The position numbers were made by a program, and so were the translations under genes. Below, piece after piece: positions 26,486 to 35,123 of a stretch of 43,707 nucleotides of DNA. Source of the stretch: a virus. Location: the UHGV virus genome UHGV-0360526, one strand, 5' to 3'. The notes beneath the pieces were generated by a model that saw only the letters and a program-made list of their open reading frames with translations, had not been told where the DNA came from and did no database searches. Within the stretch, counting starts at the first letter, position 1. Each line of letters starts with the position of its first letter.

Positions 26486-27334
26486 ATGTCTCTTACGTCA
26501 AAACAGAAACTGCTAAAACTCATCAACACTGAAAACAATATTGTTCCGCCATTGACCTTCAGTGATGTTGATATCGGCGAACCTACTGGTACTGGGGTTG
26601 ATACCCAGGTGGTTCTGACTTCTAAACTCAAAGGCGATGAGTCTACTACTTTAACCGTGACTTACCATCGTCGTAATTTGCCCGAATACCTAACAGGTGA
26701 GTTGGTATTCGGTAACGACGGTGTTGTAACTGCTGCAGATTTGCTTAATGCGATCAACGCAAAATACGATTTAAATATTCTGCCGTCGGATATCATTGAT
26801 GCGAAAGTTGAAGGTGAAACCCATCAGCTTACCGCTAACGAGAAATCCTACGAATGGTGTGGCGAGGTGACACTCACGCTACGCGACCCTATTGATCTGG
26901 CTAAATTGTTACCTGTTACTCAATTAGAAAACCTGGTAGAGTATCCGTCCACTAAGAAAGGTAACGCAGCGGTTTATTCTTATCCAATTGACTTCACCGC
27001 AGAAAAAGATTACCTCGATCCGATTACCATTAACGACACCGTAGACTTAGTAGAGTTAGCCACTAAACTGACTAACGTCGTTGATGAGAAATGGGTAAGT
27101 GTACCTAAGAACACTGCTAATAACCTGTACGGTGCTAAGGTTATCTACGACGGCCCTACCGCAGGTTTCGAAGGTGCAAATACGAAGTACACGCGTGTGC
27201 TGGTACTCGCCCTAAGCGGTATGTGTTCTAACCTGACCGGTAAACTGTTAATTCACTTTAACGGAACCGATCGTCCGAAGTCGAAGATTGAATTAGCCAA
27301 GACTAATTCGGTCTTACCGGGATTCTTAGATTAA
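26486..27334 (+). CDS. hypothetical protein, member 1 of a four-gene paralog family
   Basis: 282 aa; N-terminal pattern (L..LI.......TF.DVD.G.P......T.VVLT) shared with ORFs 27348, 30488, 31098. Confidence 0.55.
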   Translation: MSLTSKQKLLKLINTENNIVPPLTFSDVDIGEPTGTGVDTQVVLTSKLKGDESTTLTVTYHRRNLPEYLTGELVFGNDGVVTAADLLNAINAKYDLNILPSDIIDAKVEGETHQLTANEKSYEWCGEVTLTLRDPIDLAKLLPVTQLENLVEYPSTKKGNAAVYSYPIDFTAEKDYLDPITINDTVDLVELATKLTNVVDEKWVSVPKNTANNLYGAKVIYDGPTAGFEGANTKYTRVLVLALSGMCSNLTGKLLIHFNGTDRPKSKIELAKTNSVLPGFLD

Positions 27335-27347
27335 GAGGATTACAGTA

Positions 27348-27824
27348 ATGACCAGTCAAGAAACTATCTTCGATCTTATTAAAAAGGCTAACCCAGACGC
27401 TGAGTTCGACACCGCCAAAGTCACATTGGGCGAGCCCGTCGTAAGTACCGGTACGTACAACACCGAAATTACGGTTGTTCCGGTTAAGAATCTCGGTTAT
27501 GTTAATAAGCAAACGTTCCAGTATAACCGCATTGATGCAGGTTTGTATTTCCTCAACGTATTGCCGAAACTGTTAGTTGAAACAGCCGCCACAACTGCGG
27601 ACCTGTTGCCTGTAGTTAACGAGCAGTATGGCTTAACCCTTACCGAAGATGACGTATGGGTAGAGCAGGTTGGTCAGTTACCGCTGGACGGTAGTGCAAT
27701 CGAGCACGGTATTTTCTTCCGTCCCGAGTGTTTAACCTGGGTCGGTGGTTTTACAGTGCGGGTTGCGCGTAAACCGGCTGCTGAAACACGGCCAGCCAAG
27801 CCATCACGCGCTAAGAAGAAATAA
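27348..27824 (+). CDS. hypothetical protein, member 2 of the paralog family (basic C-terminal tail)
   Basis: 158 aa; RBS agagga; N-terminal family pattern; C-terminus RKPAAETRPAKPSRAKKK. Confidence 0.55.
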   Translation: MTSQETIFDLIKKANPDAEFDTAKVTLGEPVVSTGTYNTEITVVPVKNLGYVNKQTFQYNRIDAGLYFLNVLPKLLVETAATTADLLPVVNEQYGLTLTEDDVWVEQVGQLPLDGSAIEHGIFFRPECLTWVGGFTVRVARKPAAETRPAKPSRAKKK

Positions 27825-27828
27825 CGAC

Positions 27829-27862
27829 AGGGTGGGGTAATCCCACCCTCTTTTCTTTTTTT
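27829..27862 (+). terminator. rho-independent terminator
   Basis: Stem agggtgggg-taat-cccaccct followed by cttttctttttttg. Confidence 0.8.
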
Positions 27863-27885
27863 GTGTAAAAGAGGAGTTAAACAAA

Positions 27886-28476
27886 ATGGCCGAACGTTGG
27901 ACTAAAGAAGGTATTATTGGATCAAAAACAGATTTAGAGGGTGGGTACGTTAATGACCCCGACGATAAAGGTGGGGAAACCTGTCACGGGGTAACACTGA
28001 CAACCGCACGCGAATACGGGTATAAAGGAAGAATGAAAGATCTGACCCGTGCGCAAGCGTTTGATATTTACGATCGCGGTTGGTGGAAGAAACTTAAACT
28101 CGATGAGATTTTCGCTATCTCGCCCTTACTCGCAGACCGGATGTTTGATTTTGCTATTAACTCTGGCCGCGTTAACTGTGTGAAATCGTTACAACGTATT
28201 CTCAACGTTTTAAATAACGAAGGGAGACTTTACGCAGATATTGACACCGACGGGGGCATGGGGCCTAAAACGCTAGGTGCCCTGAATGCTTATCTGAATT
28301 ACCGTAAAGGTGAGGGGTTAGGCATCTTAATCTTTGCGTTAATCTCACACCAGGTAACCTACTACACAGAAATCTCCGAAAAACGTAAGAAGAATGAAAA
28401 ATTCGCTTACGGCTGGTACGGACGCGTGTACAGGGAAATGCCGGATTATGTAGTGAAGGCGGGGTTAGTAAAATGA
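27886..28476 (+). CDS. GH108-type muramidase (endolysin-like) with C-terminal peptidoglycan-binding region
   Basis: 196 aa; N-terminal LEGGYVNDPDDKGGETCHGVT matches the glycoside hydrolase family 108 signature; C-terminal DGGMGPKTLGALNAYL resembles the associated PG-binding domain. Confidence 0.8.
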   Translation: MAERWTKEGIIGSKTDLEGGYVNDPDDKGGETCHGVTLTTAREYGYKGRMKDLTRAQAFDIYDRGWWKKLKLDEIFAISPLLADRMFDFAINSGRVNCVKSLQRILNVLNNEGRLYADIDTDGGMGPKTLGALNAYLNYRKGEGLGILIFALISHQVTYYTEISEKRKKNEKFAYGWYGRVYREMPDYVVKAGLVK

Positions 28477-28577
28477 ACTGGTTTGCTAAACTCTTAGCAC
28501 TATTGTGGAAAGCGTTAACGTCTGGACGGAAACGTAAAGACGAAAAACGCGGGTACGAATTTTTCTGGTTTCTTTAA
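28473..28577 (+). CDS. small ORF (34 aa) overlapping muramidase stop; possible small lysis-associated peptide
   Basis: ATG 28473 forms ATGA overlap with the muramidase stop; MNWFAKLLALLWKALTSGRKRKDEKRGYEFFWFL is amphipathic/hydrophobic; too short for the ORF track. Confidence 0.25.
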   Translation: MNWFAKLLALLWKALTSGRKRKDEKRGYEFFWFL

Positions 28578-28592
28578 GGAAAGGTGTGGGTA

Positions 28593-29258
28593 ATGGAAAA
28601 GCTTCAATATAAACGTTTAGACAATAAGTGGTTTGTATTAACGGAGGATTACCATTATCCGTTTACGTTACGCGAGATTTATCACGACCACGTACACTTA
28701 GACCGTGCGGTTTATTTAACGGGTGTATTGCCTGACACACAACTGTGGTTAACCGCACCGAAAGGGTTCGTTACCGATTTAGCGTCAATTCCTGAACACC
28801 TCCAGGGAATTTTCCATCCTGACGGACCGTGGGCACCTGCGGCCTGCATTCACGACCTACTTTATCAAAAATGTAACACGGAGCGGAGCTATCCCATGAC
28901 ACCGGGCGGTAACGTTTCGCGTATTATCGATAAAGAGTTCTCTGACTTAACATTCCTGCGTATTATGCAGTCGTTGGAAATCTCGCCTTATATCTGCCAA
29001 ACATTTTATAAGGCCGTTGTTGAATTCGGCTGGGATTCCTACGTAGATCCTAATGCAGAACCATCCTACAACACTAACGCGTTTCGTACGTTAGATTACA
29101 ATCGAAACTATTTATTCGTTCGCGAGTTTAAGGAGCCTGCAATTCCTGACCACGAACGTATTGATATCACCACAGAACAACCCGTTAATGTCAAATACCT
29201 GAACATCAAACGTGCTTTTCTGTCTGGGAGGGAAGATGTTTCATCCAAATCCGAGTAA
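28593..29258 (+). CDS. hypothetical protein (possibly DUF1353-like)
   Basis: Listed ORF 28584-29258; ATG 28593 follows RBS aaggaaagg; motif FVTDLASIPEHLQ reminds me of DUF1353 but not verified. Confidence 0.4.
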   Translation: MEKLQYKRLDNKWFVLTEDYHYPFTLREIYHDHVHLDRAVYLTGVLPDTQLWLTAPKGFVTDLASIPEHLQGIFHPDGPWAPAACIHDLLYQKCNTERSYPMTPGGNVSRIIDKEFSDLTFLRIMQSLEISPYICQTFYKAVVEFGWDSYVDPNAEPSYNTNAFRTLDYNRNYLFVREFKEPAIPDHERIDITTEQPVNVKYLNIKRAFLSGREDVSSKSE

Positions 29259-29751
29259 CTTTAAACTCAAAGAGTTAGTACCACAATCGTACATCGCCAA
29301 ATACGGTGATTCTGCAATTCGGTTTATGAACCCGTTGTTAATGATTTCGCTACAGCAGATTCGTAACCGTTTCGGTAGAATGGTGATTAACTCAACCGCC
29401 GCACAACAACGCGGACTAAGAACCTTAGATTTCTTTATTAATCAAGAAAAGCCTAAGGGCGGCAGTTATAAACAACGTGCGTTACAGCTTTACGCCGATT
29501 CAGGAAGTCAACACAAATTCGGTAACGCAATTGATGCAACGTTGTTGGATAGCACCGTAAAACAGGTTCACGACTATATCGCTGCTAACCCTGACGAGTT
29601 TCCGTTCATTCACTTTATTGAATGTGACATCAGTTGGTTACACATCGACGTTCGTAACCAGCCTAACATTACTTTCTGGTCACCAAATCGAGGTACTGTG
29701 AAGGTTGTTAAGCAAAAACCAATCGATTGGAGCGCCTTAGTCGAGATTTAA
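29236..29751 (+). CDS. peptidase M15-like (zinc D-Ala-D-Ala carboxypeptidase fold) cell-wall peptidase
   Basis: SQHKFGNAIDA (H-x6-D zinc ligands) and downstream WLHIDVR match the M15 family signature; ATG 29236 with RBS ggaggg. Confidence 0.6.
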   Translation: MFHPNPSNFKLKELVPQSYIAKYGDSAIRFMNPLLMISLQQIRNRFGRMVINSTAAQQRGLRTLDFFINQEKPKGGSYKQRALQLYADSGSQHKFGNAIDATLLDSTVKQVHDYIAANPDEFPFIHFIECDISWLHIDVRNQPNITFWSPNRGTVKVVKQKPIDWSALVEI

Positions 29752-29834
29752 TTATTTCTAAGGTGTTTATACCTTATTTTGTATAAAGGCGCTTAGAATG
29801 CGTTTTACGCACGATTTGGCGGTTAAAATGAATA

Positions 29835-29875
29835 TACCCTACTCCCGATAAGGAGTAGGGTAGTTTTTATTATTC
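29835..29875. terminator. bidirectional terminator between convergent genes
   Basis: Stem taccctactcc-cgataa-ggagtagggta flanked by A/T runs on both sides; lies between plus-strand stop 29751 and minus-strand stop 29870. Confidence 0.7.
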
Positions 29876-30352
29876 CGCAGGATGGAGCATTGTTCCAGTG
29901 TCAGGCGCTACACCTTCTATACAGCGGAAGAACGTAATGCCTTTACCATCGCCCGTTTTATATTCTAAAGTAGAATACGCAAAAGTTGGTGTTTTTGAAA
30001 GTAAACCATTCACACGGTAGTAACGTTGTCCTGTGATAGGATCGATATTCCCATTAACTTTACCTAATAAATCTTTATAAAGTTGGGGCGACTCAATCTT
30101 ACCATTTGGCCAAGTGGCTACCCAGTTAGCACCAGTATCGACTACGGTTACTGAACCCAACATGAGGTTAGTCGAATTGACGACAGGTTTATAATTTACA
30201 AAATCTTGCTCTACACCCATACAGGTGTAAATAACCATGTCGTGTGGCTCTACGGGTACAGTCGAGAATTGACCGTTAGCGGTGGGTTGTAGGGCACATC
30301 CTGCTAATGAAAAAACACCAACCATAGCGATAAGAAAACGTTTTAGCATGTT
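29870..30352 (-). CDS. lipoprotein (signal peptide with lipobox LAGC), possible superinfection-exclusion or receptor-masking protein
   Basis: Listed ORF to 30409; ATG at 30352 with RBS aaggtga gives MLKRFLIAMVGVFSLAGCALQ, a classic lipoprotein signal; function inferred from context only. Confidence 0.6.
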   Translation of the reverse strand, partial: NMLKRFLIAMVGVFSLAGCALQPTANGQFSTVPVEPHDMVIYTCMGVEQDFVNYKPVVNSTNLMLGSVTVVDTGANWVATWPNGKIESPQLYKDLLGKVNGNIDPITGQRYYRVNGLLSKTPTFAYSTLEYKTGDGKGITFFRCIEGVAPDTGTMLHPAE

Positions 30353-30434
30353 TTCACCTTCTATAAAAAAGTTAAAAATAATAATTTTACAGACGACCCT
30401 TACTGCCATCTGTCATAACTATTAAAACCACTTC

Positions 30435-30440
30435 TATAAT
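30435..30440 (+). promoter_or_regulatory. candidate sigma70-like -10 box (TATAAT)
   Basis: Perfect TATAAT about 47 nt upstream of ATG 30488 in the divergent intergenic region; -35 match is poor. Confidence 0.25.
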
Positions 30441-30487
30441 CCGAACAATACTATGCAATCCACCCTGCCACACACGAGGTAAAAACG

Positions 30488-31033
30488 ATGGCTAAAGCTT
30501 TCAATCTGCAGCTCATTGAAGCTGTTAAAGCTAAAAACCCTGAAACTGCTTCTAAACTGACCGTAAATGATGTCGATTTCGGGGCCGTAGAAGCTTACAC
30601 CCCGACCGGTAAAAGCGACGCCCGTAACACTAAAGTTGTCCTGACAGCGAAAGAAAGCAGCGCTAACTTCACCGGTAATAAAGAATTTCATTATATCCGT
30701 CTGGCTTCCGCTAACCTGATCGGTGCCAAAGCTTACCAGCAGGAAGGTAGCCTCGAACTGGAAAACGCTGCCATTGTAGCCAAACTGAACGAAGAGATGG
30801 TTACTAAAGGTTATGTAGATGACGCGTTTGCAGAAGGCGAACTCACTATTGAGAAAACTGACGGCGAAAGCGGTGCTAAAGTTTACACTGTCAAAGTAAA
30901 CGATGCGCACATCAAATTCTTAGCCGGTACCATTGCCACCTTCACCTATACCAACCCGGTTCCTCCGAAGACAGCTCTGAGCGGGCTGGAAGGTGAACTC
31001 GATGGTTTCACCGCACCGGGTATCGGGGGCTAA
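30488..31033 (+). CDS. hypothetical protein, member 3 of the paralog family
   Basis: 181 aa; RBS gaggt; C-terminal GELDGFTAPG shared with member 4. Confidence 0.6.
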   Translation: MAKAFNLQLIEAVKAKNPETASKLTVNDVDFGAVEAYTPTGKSDARNTKVVLTAKESSANFTGNKEFHYIRLASANLIGAKAYQQEGSLELENAAIVAKLNEEMVTKGYVDDAFAEGELTIEKTDGESGAKVYTVKVNDAHIKFLAGTIATFTYTNPVPPKTALSGLEGELDGFTAPGIGG

Positions 31034-31037
31034 TTAA

Positions 31038-31070
31038 ATCGGGGGGGGGTAACCTCCCCGATATTTCTTT
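31038..31070 (+). terminator. hairpin containing G9 tract (weak terminator)
   Basis: atcggggggggg-taacct-ccccgat followed by atttcttt. Confidence 0.4.
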
Positions 31071-31097
31071 AACTCGTACTATTAAGGATTTAAGATA

Positions 31098-31628
31098 ATG
31101 GCTGCTACTAACCAGATGATGTTGGTCGCGCTTTATAATGCTGCTAACACTGAGCTACCACATCAGGTTACTGATAAAGAAGTGTCCTTTGGTCTCCCTA
31201 CTGCGCTGGAAGGCGAAAGTAAGAATACCAAAGTTACCATGACTGCACTGCCAGGTTCTGAGAATTTCAAAGGCGCTATCGAACTGCATTACGATCGTCT
31301 GGAACCGGGAGTTGTAGGACGTATTGAACTAACTGACGATCTGTCTCGTTGGGAAGATCAAAACGAATTGCGCGCATGGTTACAATATTACATCAACAAA
31401 GTAAAACCTGACGATGCTATCGCACCAGCTGACGTTTCTTATTCTACCGAAGACCAGAAAGACGAACATGAAAACGTCACTCTGCGTACGGTAACGTGCA
31501 CCGTTACTGAAAAGAACCTCCGTTATAAACCGGGCGTAATGGCAACTTTCGTAATTACACCGAAAGTTGTTGATAATCGTATTGACCTGGCCACCACCAA
31601 CGGTGAGCTGGACGGTTTTACGTCCTAA
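31098..31628 (+). CDS. hypothetical protein, member 4 of the paralog family
   Basis: 176 aa; RBS aagga; C-terminal NGELDGFTS. Confidence 0.6.
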   Translation: MAATNQMMLVALYNAANTELPHQVTDKEVSFGLPTALEGESKNTKVTMTALPGSENFKGAIELHYDRLEPGVVGRIELTDDLSRWEDQNELRAWLQYYINKVKPDDAIAPADVSYSTEDQKDEHENVTLRTVTCTVTEKNLRYKPGVMATFVITPKVVDNRIDLATTNGELDGFTS

Positions 31629-31641
31629 GAAAAAATAAAAA

Positions 31642-31682
31642 TACCTACCTCCTATTACGGGAGGTAGGTATACTTTTTTTTC
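31642..31682. terminator. bidirectional terminator between convergent genes
   Basis: Stem tacctacctcc-tattacg-ggaggtaggta with A-run upstream and T-run downstream; between plus-strand stop 31628 and minus-strand stop 31691. Confidence 0.8.
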
Positions 31683-31690
31683 GCTGTCGA

Positions 31691-32362
31691 TTACAGCCCT
31701 TGCTCTAACGCAAACGCTTTTATCGAATCGTAATCACGTGCTTCAGCCCAAGCCCTGACTTCTCTTTTCTGCTCAGACATTGCGTGGTGTAGTCTTTGAT
31801 CGCGCTCAACGATTGCTGCCAGCAACGTCTTGCACTGTTCTAACGTAAACGGTTCAATACGGGTGTTGTTAGCCGTTAACCAATACGCTGGCGCAGTTTC
31901 TGACTGAATATAACGACTCAGTGCTACCTGTGACTTCTCATCTGCCTGGAAAGTGAAATCACCTACCTGAATCTCAGCATAGCGTGCATCCTGATAACGG
32001 AATTCCAAAGCGCTTAGAATTTTCTGAACATCGGTAAAGATGTACCGCACCGTGGAACGTAAACCTGTACGAATTTCTTCCAGGTCAATCCCCAACGTGT
32101 CGTTAACAAAGTCTTTCGCTTTCTGTAGCGTAAACCGTGCTTCGATTTCAGACATGTCGTAGTTACGCATTTGTTCCAATGCTTCGCGATCAGACATCCC
32201 ATCAATCAACTTATAGTGCAGTAACGCACAAAACCCTGTACGGCCGTGATCTTCACTACCGATTTTCTCCATGTAGTTACCATGACGGTCAATCGGTAAA
32301 TCATGCGCAAAATAACGGCGACGGATTTCTTCTTTCGTTAAGCCTTCACCAGTAGCAGACAT
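31691..32362 (-). CDS. hypothetical protein (last gene of minus-strand operon)
   Basis: 223-aa ORF overlapping the start of the upstream gene. Confidence 0.55.
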   Translation of the reverse strand: MSATGEGLTKEEIRRRYFAHDLPIDRHGNYMEKIGSEDHGRTGFCALLHYKLIDGMSDREALEQMRNYDMSEIEARFTLQKAKDFVNDTLGIDLEEIRTGLRSTVRYIFTDVQKILSALEFRYQDARYAEIQVGDFTFQADEKSQVALSRYIQSETAPAYWLTANNTRIEPFTLEQCKTLLAAIVERDQRLHHAMSEQKREVRAWAEARDYDSIKAFALEQGL

Positions 32363-32910
32363 TCATCGTCTCCTTTAATCAACCCTAATTCGATTAACAA
32401 TTCAAAATCGATATGACGGAATCTTGTGTCGAAGTCCGATTCCCAATCGATACGGATACCCTGGCATTCTTCTGGCGTTAGCTCAGGAAAAATCACGGTA
32501 TTAAATTTCTCTCGCTCATCGTAAAACCCATCAATCGGTGAGTTCGGGTTACGTGTTGCGAAGATAGTAATGCCGGGGAAGGACAATGCCAACACAGTGA
32601 TAGATTCTGCGCTGGGTTCGCTTAAAGAGCGGCGTAGAAACGCAATTTTGTGACGTGGGAAATCCAATACCCGTTCTTCAAACCCTGGGTTACGTTTTTC
32701 AATTTCCGCGACCGACAGGTCAGTAAGTTCGGTGCAGTACATTGGGATGATTACAGTCACGCCGTGACGAATCAGTAAGCGTTTTACGTCATCGGTAAAA
32801 TCTTCACCGTTAATCACCACATAACAACCGAATAGCTTACTGTTTTCCAGAAACTTATCCAGAAGTCGAATTCTACGCTTCGTAATATTGTTGATCAGAA
32901 TTGGTTTCAT
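32338..32910 (-). CDS. hypothetical protein
   Basis: 190-aa ORF; start overlaps the 3' end of the radical SAM gene. Confidence 0.5.
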   Translation of the reverse strand: MKPILINNITKRRIRLLDKFLENSKLFGCYVVINGEDFTDDVKRLLIRHGVTVIIPMYCTELTDLSVAEIEKRNPGFEERVLDFPRHKIAFLRRSLSEPSAESITVLALSFPGITIFATRNPNSPIDGFYDEREKFNTVIFPELTPEECQGIRIDWESDFDTRFRHIDFELLIELGLIKGDDECLLLVKA

Positions 32911-34195
32911 CTTTGGCTTCTCTTAATAATTTTTCCTTTTGGGCACGTTCACGAACACAGCGTGGGCAATAACACATGCTCGTGTCGTGGAACGCTTTTG
33001 CTGACGTCGTACCCATCTTCTGTTTCCAGTATTCCGCCACCATCAGTTTCGCTGTCGTCCAGCCACACTGACGACGTTCAGCGTGATACGCTTTACGGTC
33101 TTCTAACGTTCCTTCCCCGTTCTCGTAAGAAGCCGCCGCACAGCTACCACAAGCGTGTTTCATCGGACAACCTAAACAGGTCTCTGGGTAGTTGGTATAT
33201 TGCGTTTGAATCTCTTCTAACAATTTACCGTTGTCCAGACTGACGAATTCCCGACCTACCAACTCAAACACCGCAGAACGCGACGTTACCGTTGACATAA
33301 AGCGGTTACAGCCAAAGATCTTACGGTCAAATCCTAAGCACGTCATGTGGGTTAACGTCCCGCAGAACGGACGTAAACGTTCTGGGTTCAACCGTACAGT
33401 GTCATTATACAGTAACTGGTCACGCCAGTTCGGTTCCCAAATCGTATCGAAATCCAACCCTTCTGGAATGATGTGCGATAAGATATTACGTGGATTGGTG
33501 TGTAATCCTTTTTCAACCCAATAATCTATCACATCCATCATCTGTAAAGCGATTGATGTCGCCATGCTACGCGGCATAACGTCTTCGAAGGTTACGTTCC
33601 CAGAAATTGTCCCACCGCCAGTAATGTCAATTAATGACTTCATCCCCGCAGCATAGAACGGCAGTGTTTCTAACGTAAAGGTCGCTTTTACGCCGAGTTC
33701 TGCAATACCAACCTCTTTTAAGTAATTATAGCCACGTACTGCGGCTTCGTAAGAACCCTGACGCGTCGTTGTGAAGATACGATAGCGGTCATGGGATTCA
33801 GGTAAACCATCAATCGAAACCCCAACCGAAAGTTTGTCTTTCCAACGTTCTACAATCTCACGGTTCAACGGACGATCTAACAGCGTTCCGTTCGTGGAGA
33901 TACTAAACATAAACGGTCGGTTGTGTTCTTTACACAACTGCTCAGCGGTTTCAAACGCAGCCAGCAGCAGTTTAGGCTGCATGAACGGTTCACCACCGAT
34001 AATGTCGATAATAACTTCGACATTCGGTTCGTTTTTATCACGTTCAAAACAGGCGTGTAAGAAATCAACAATGTCAGCCGCTTTGTTGTTACGTGGGTAC
34101 TTACGTTCGTAGCAATATTCGCAGTCCAGGTTACACGAAAGGTTGGTTACGATCTGATACGTTAACTGCTTAGGGAATTCATTTACTTGACTCAT
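32873..34195 (-). CDS. radical SAM enzyme with C-terminal SPASM-like domain (peptide-maturase-like)
   Basis: 440 aa; CNLDCEYC (CxxxCxxC) near N-terminus, GGEP SAM-binding motif, C-terminal Cys clusters CGTLTHMTCLGFDRKIFGCNRF and CLGCPMKHACGSCAAAS. Confidence 0.8.
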   Translation of the reverse strand: MSQVNEFPKQLTYQIVTNLSCNLDCEYCYERKYPRNNKAADIVDFLHACFERDKNEPNVEVIIDIIGGEPFMQPKLLLAAFETAEQLCKEHNRPFMFSISTNGTLLDRPLNREIVERWKDKLSVGVSIDGLPESHDRYRIFTTTRQGSYEAAVRGYNYLKEVGIAELGVKATFTLETLPFYAAGMKSLIDITGGGTISGNVTFEDVMPRSMATSIALQMMDVIDYWVEKGLHTNPRNILSHIIPEGLDFDTIWEPNWRDQLLYNDTVRLNPERLRPFCGTLTHMTCLGFDRKIFGCNRFMSTVTSRSAVFELVGREFVSLDNGKLLEEIQTQYTNYPETCLGCPMKHACGSCAAASYENGEGTLEDRKAYHAERRQCGWTTAKLMVAEYWKQKMGTTSAKAFHDTSMCYCPRCVRERAQKEKLLREAKDETNSDQQYYEA

Positions 34196-35102
34196 TTGCC
34201 GCCCCTCTATTACGTCCTGCCATCACTACGCGACGAATATATTCGTACGCCTCTACACCGATAGAGAAGGCCAGTTGGTTACATCCCGATTCCAGAACGT
34301 TAGGTGCATTCTGGAGTTGGTGCTCACCACCGTCTGCATTAATCCAAAGACTTTCGCTGCAAACGTTACACCCTTCTTCAAACACTTTACTTACTGTAAA
34401 GCCGCATTCACGACCATTTACTACATTCAGTCGTTCAATGTTGTCCTGAACCTGATAGTAGCCGTAAATAAAGTTCATGACGTGGTCAGGCGATAAAGGT
34501 TTTGGCATTTTCGCGTCTAAGAGTAACGTCATTGCACGGAAACCGTAATGGTAAATCGCGCTGTGCAGCTGAATAATATCTTCGTGCCAGCGTTTGTCCC
34601 CTAAACGGTCCCGTGTCAGGACACCCCAAGTCTGGACATTATCCAGCTCGTAGATCGTTTCCAGTGCTTCGTAACAGCCTTCGTCAATAAAGCGCATAAA
34701 CGGGCGCTCAGACGACTTAAACCCATCGATGCTAACGTAGACATTGTCAAACTGTTTTAGCAACGGGAGATGCGATTTACGCATCTTTAAGCCATTGGTA
34801 TACAACTGGTGTTTGAGTTCTGGACGAATCACTTTTAATTCGTCAACAAACGCCTCAATTTTACGGGTTGCCAGTAATGGCTCACCACCCGTCCACTGAA
34901 TTTCGGTAATGGTTGGATTAGCTTCCAGCGCTTCCAAAATTCGCTCACGTTGAAACTCTCGCGGAGAATCTTCACGATTCATGTAATAGGCTCCACCGCA
35001 GAAGCTACAATCCAGGTTACACTTGGACGTAGCGACTACGGACAATACGGTGGGTTTATCGTATAAACGATTCGATAACCTTGGTTCTGCATTGGTTGTC
35101 AT
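34179..35102 (-). CDS. radical SAM enzyme (second, shorter paralog-like)
   Basis: 307 aa; CNLDCSFC (CxxxCxxC), GGEPLL motif, C-terminal Cys residues ECG..GCNVCSES..GCNQ; 17-nt overlap with downstream rSAM gene. Confidence 0.75.
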   Translation of the reverse strand: MTTNAEPRLSNRLYDKPTVLSVVATSKCNLDCSFCGGAYYMNREDSPREFQRERILEALEANPTITEIQWTGGEPLLATRKIEAFVDELKVIRPELKHQLYTNGLKMRKSHLPLLKQFDNVYVSIDGFKSSERPFMRFIDEGCYEALETIYELDNVQTWGVLTRDRLGDKRWHEDIIQLHSAIYHYGFRAMTLLLDAKMPKPLSPDHVMNFIYGYYQVQDNIERLNVVNGRECGFTVSKVFEEGCNVCSESLWINADGGEHQLQNAPNVLESGCNQLAFSIGVEAYEYIRRVVMAGRNRGAANESSK

Positions 35103-35123
35103 TGCAGGTGACTCCGGTCGTTT

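Noticed and set aside
31691-32362. Assigning the 223-aa protein as a tail fibre assembly chaperone (DUF4376-like)
   Set aside because: Only a vague impression from the C-terminal helix; no motif I can state with confidence.
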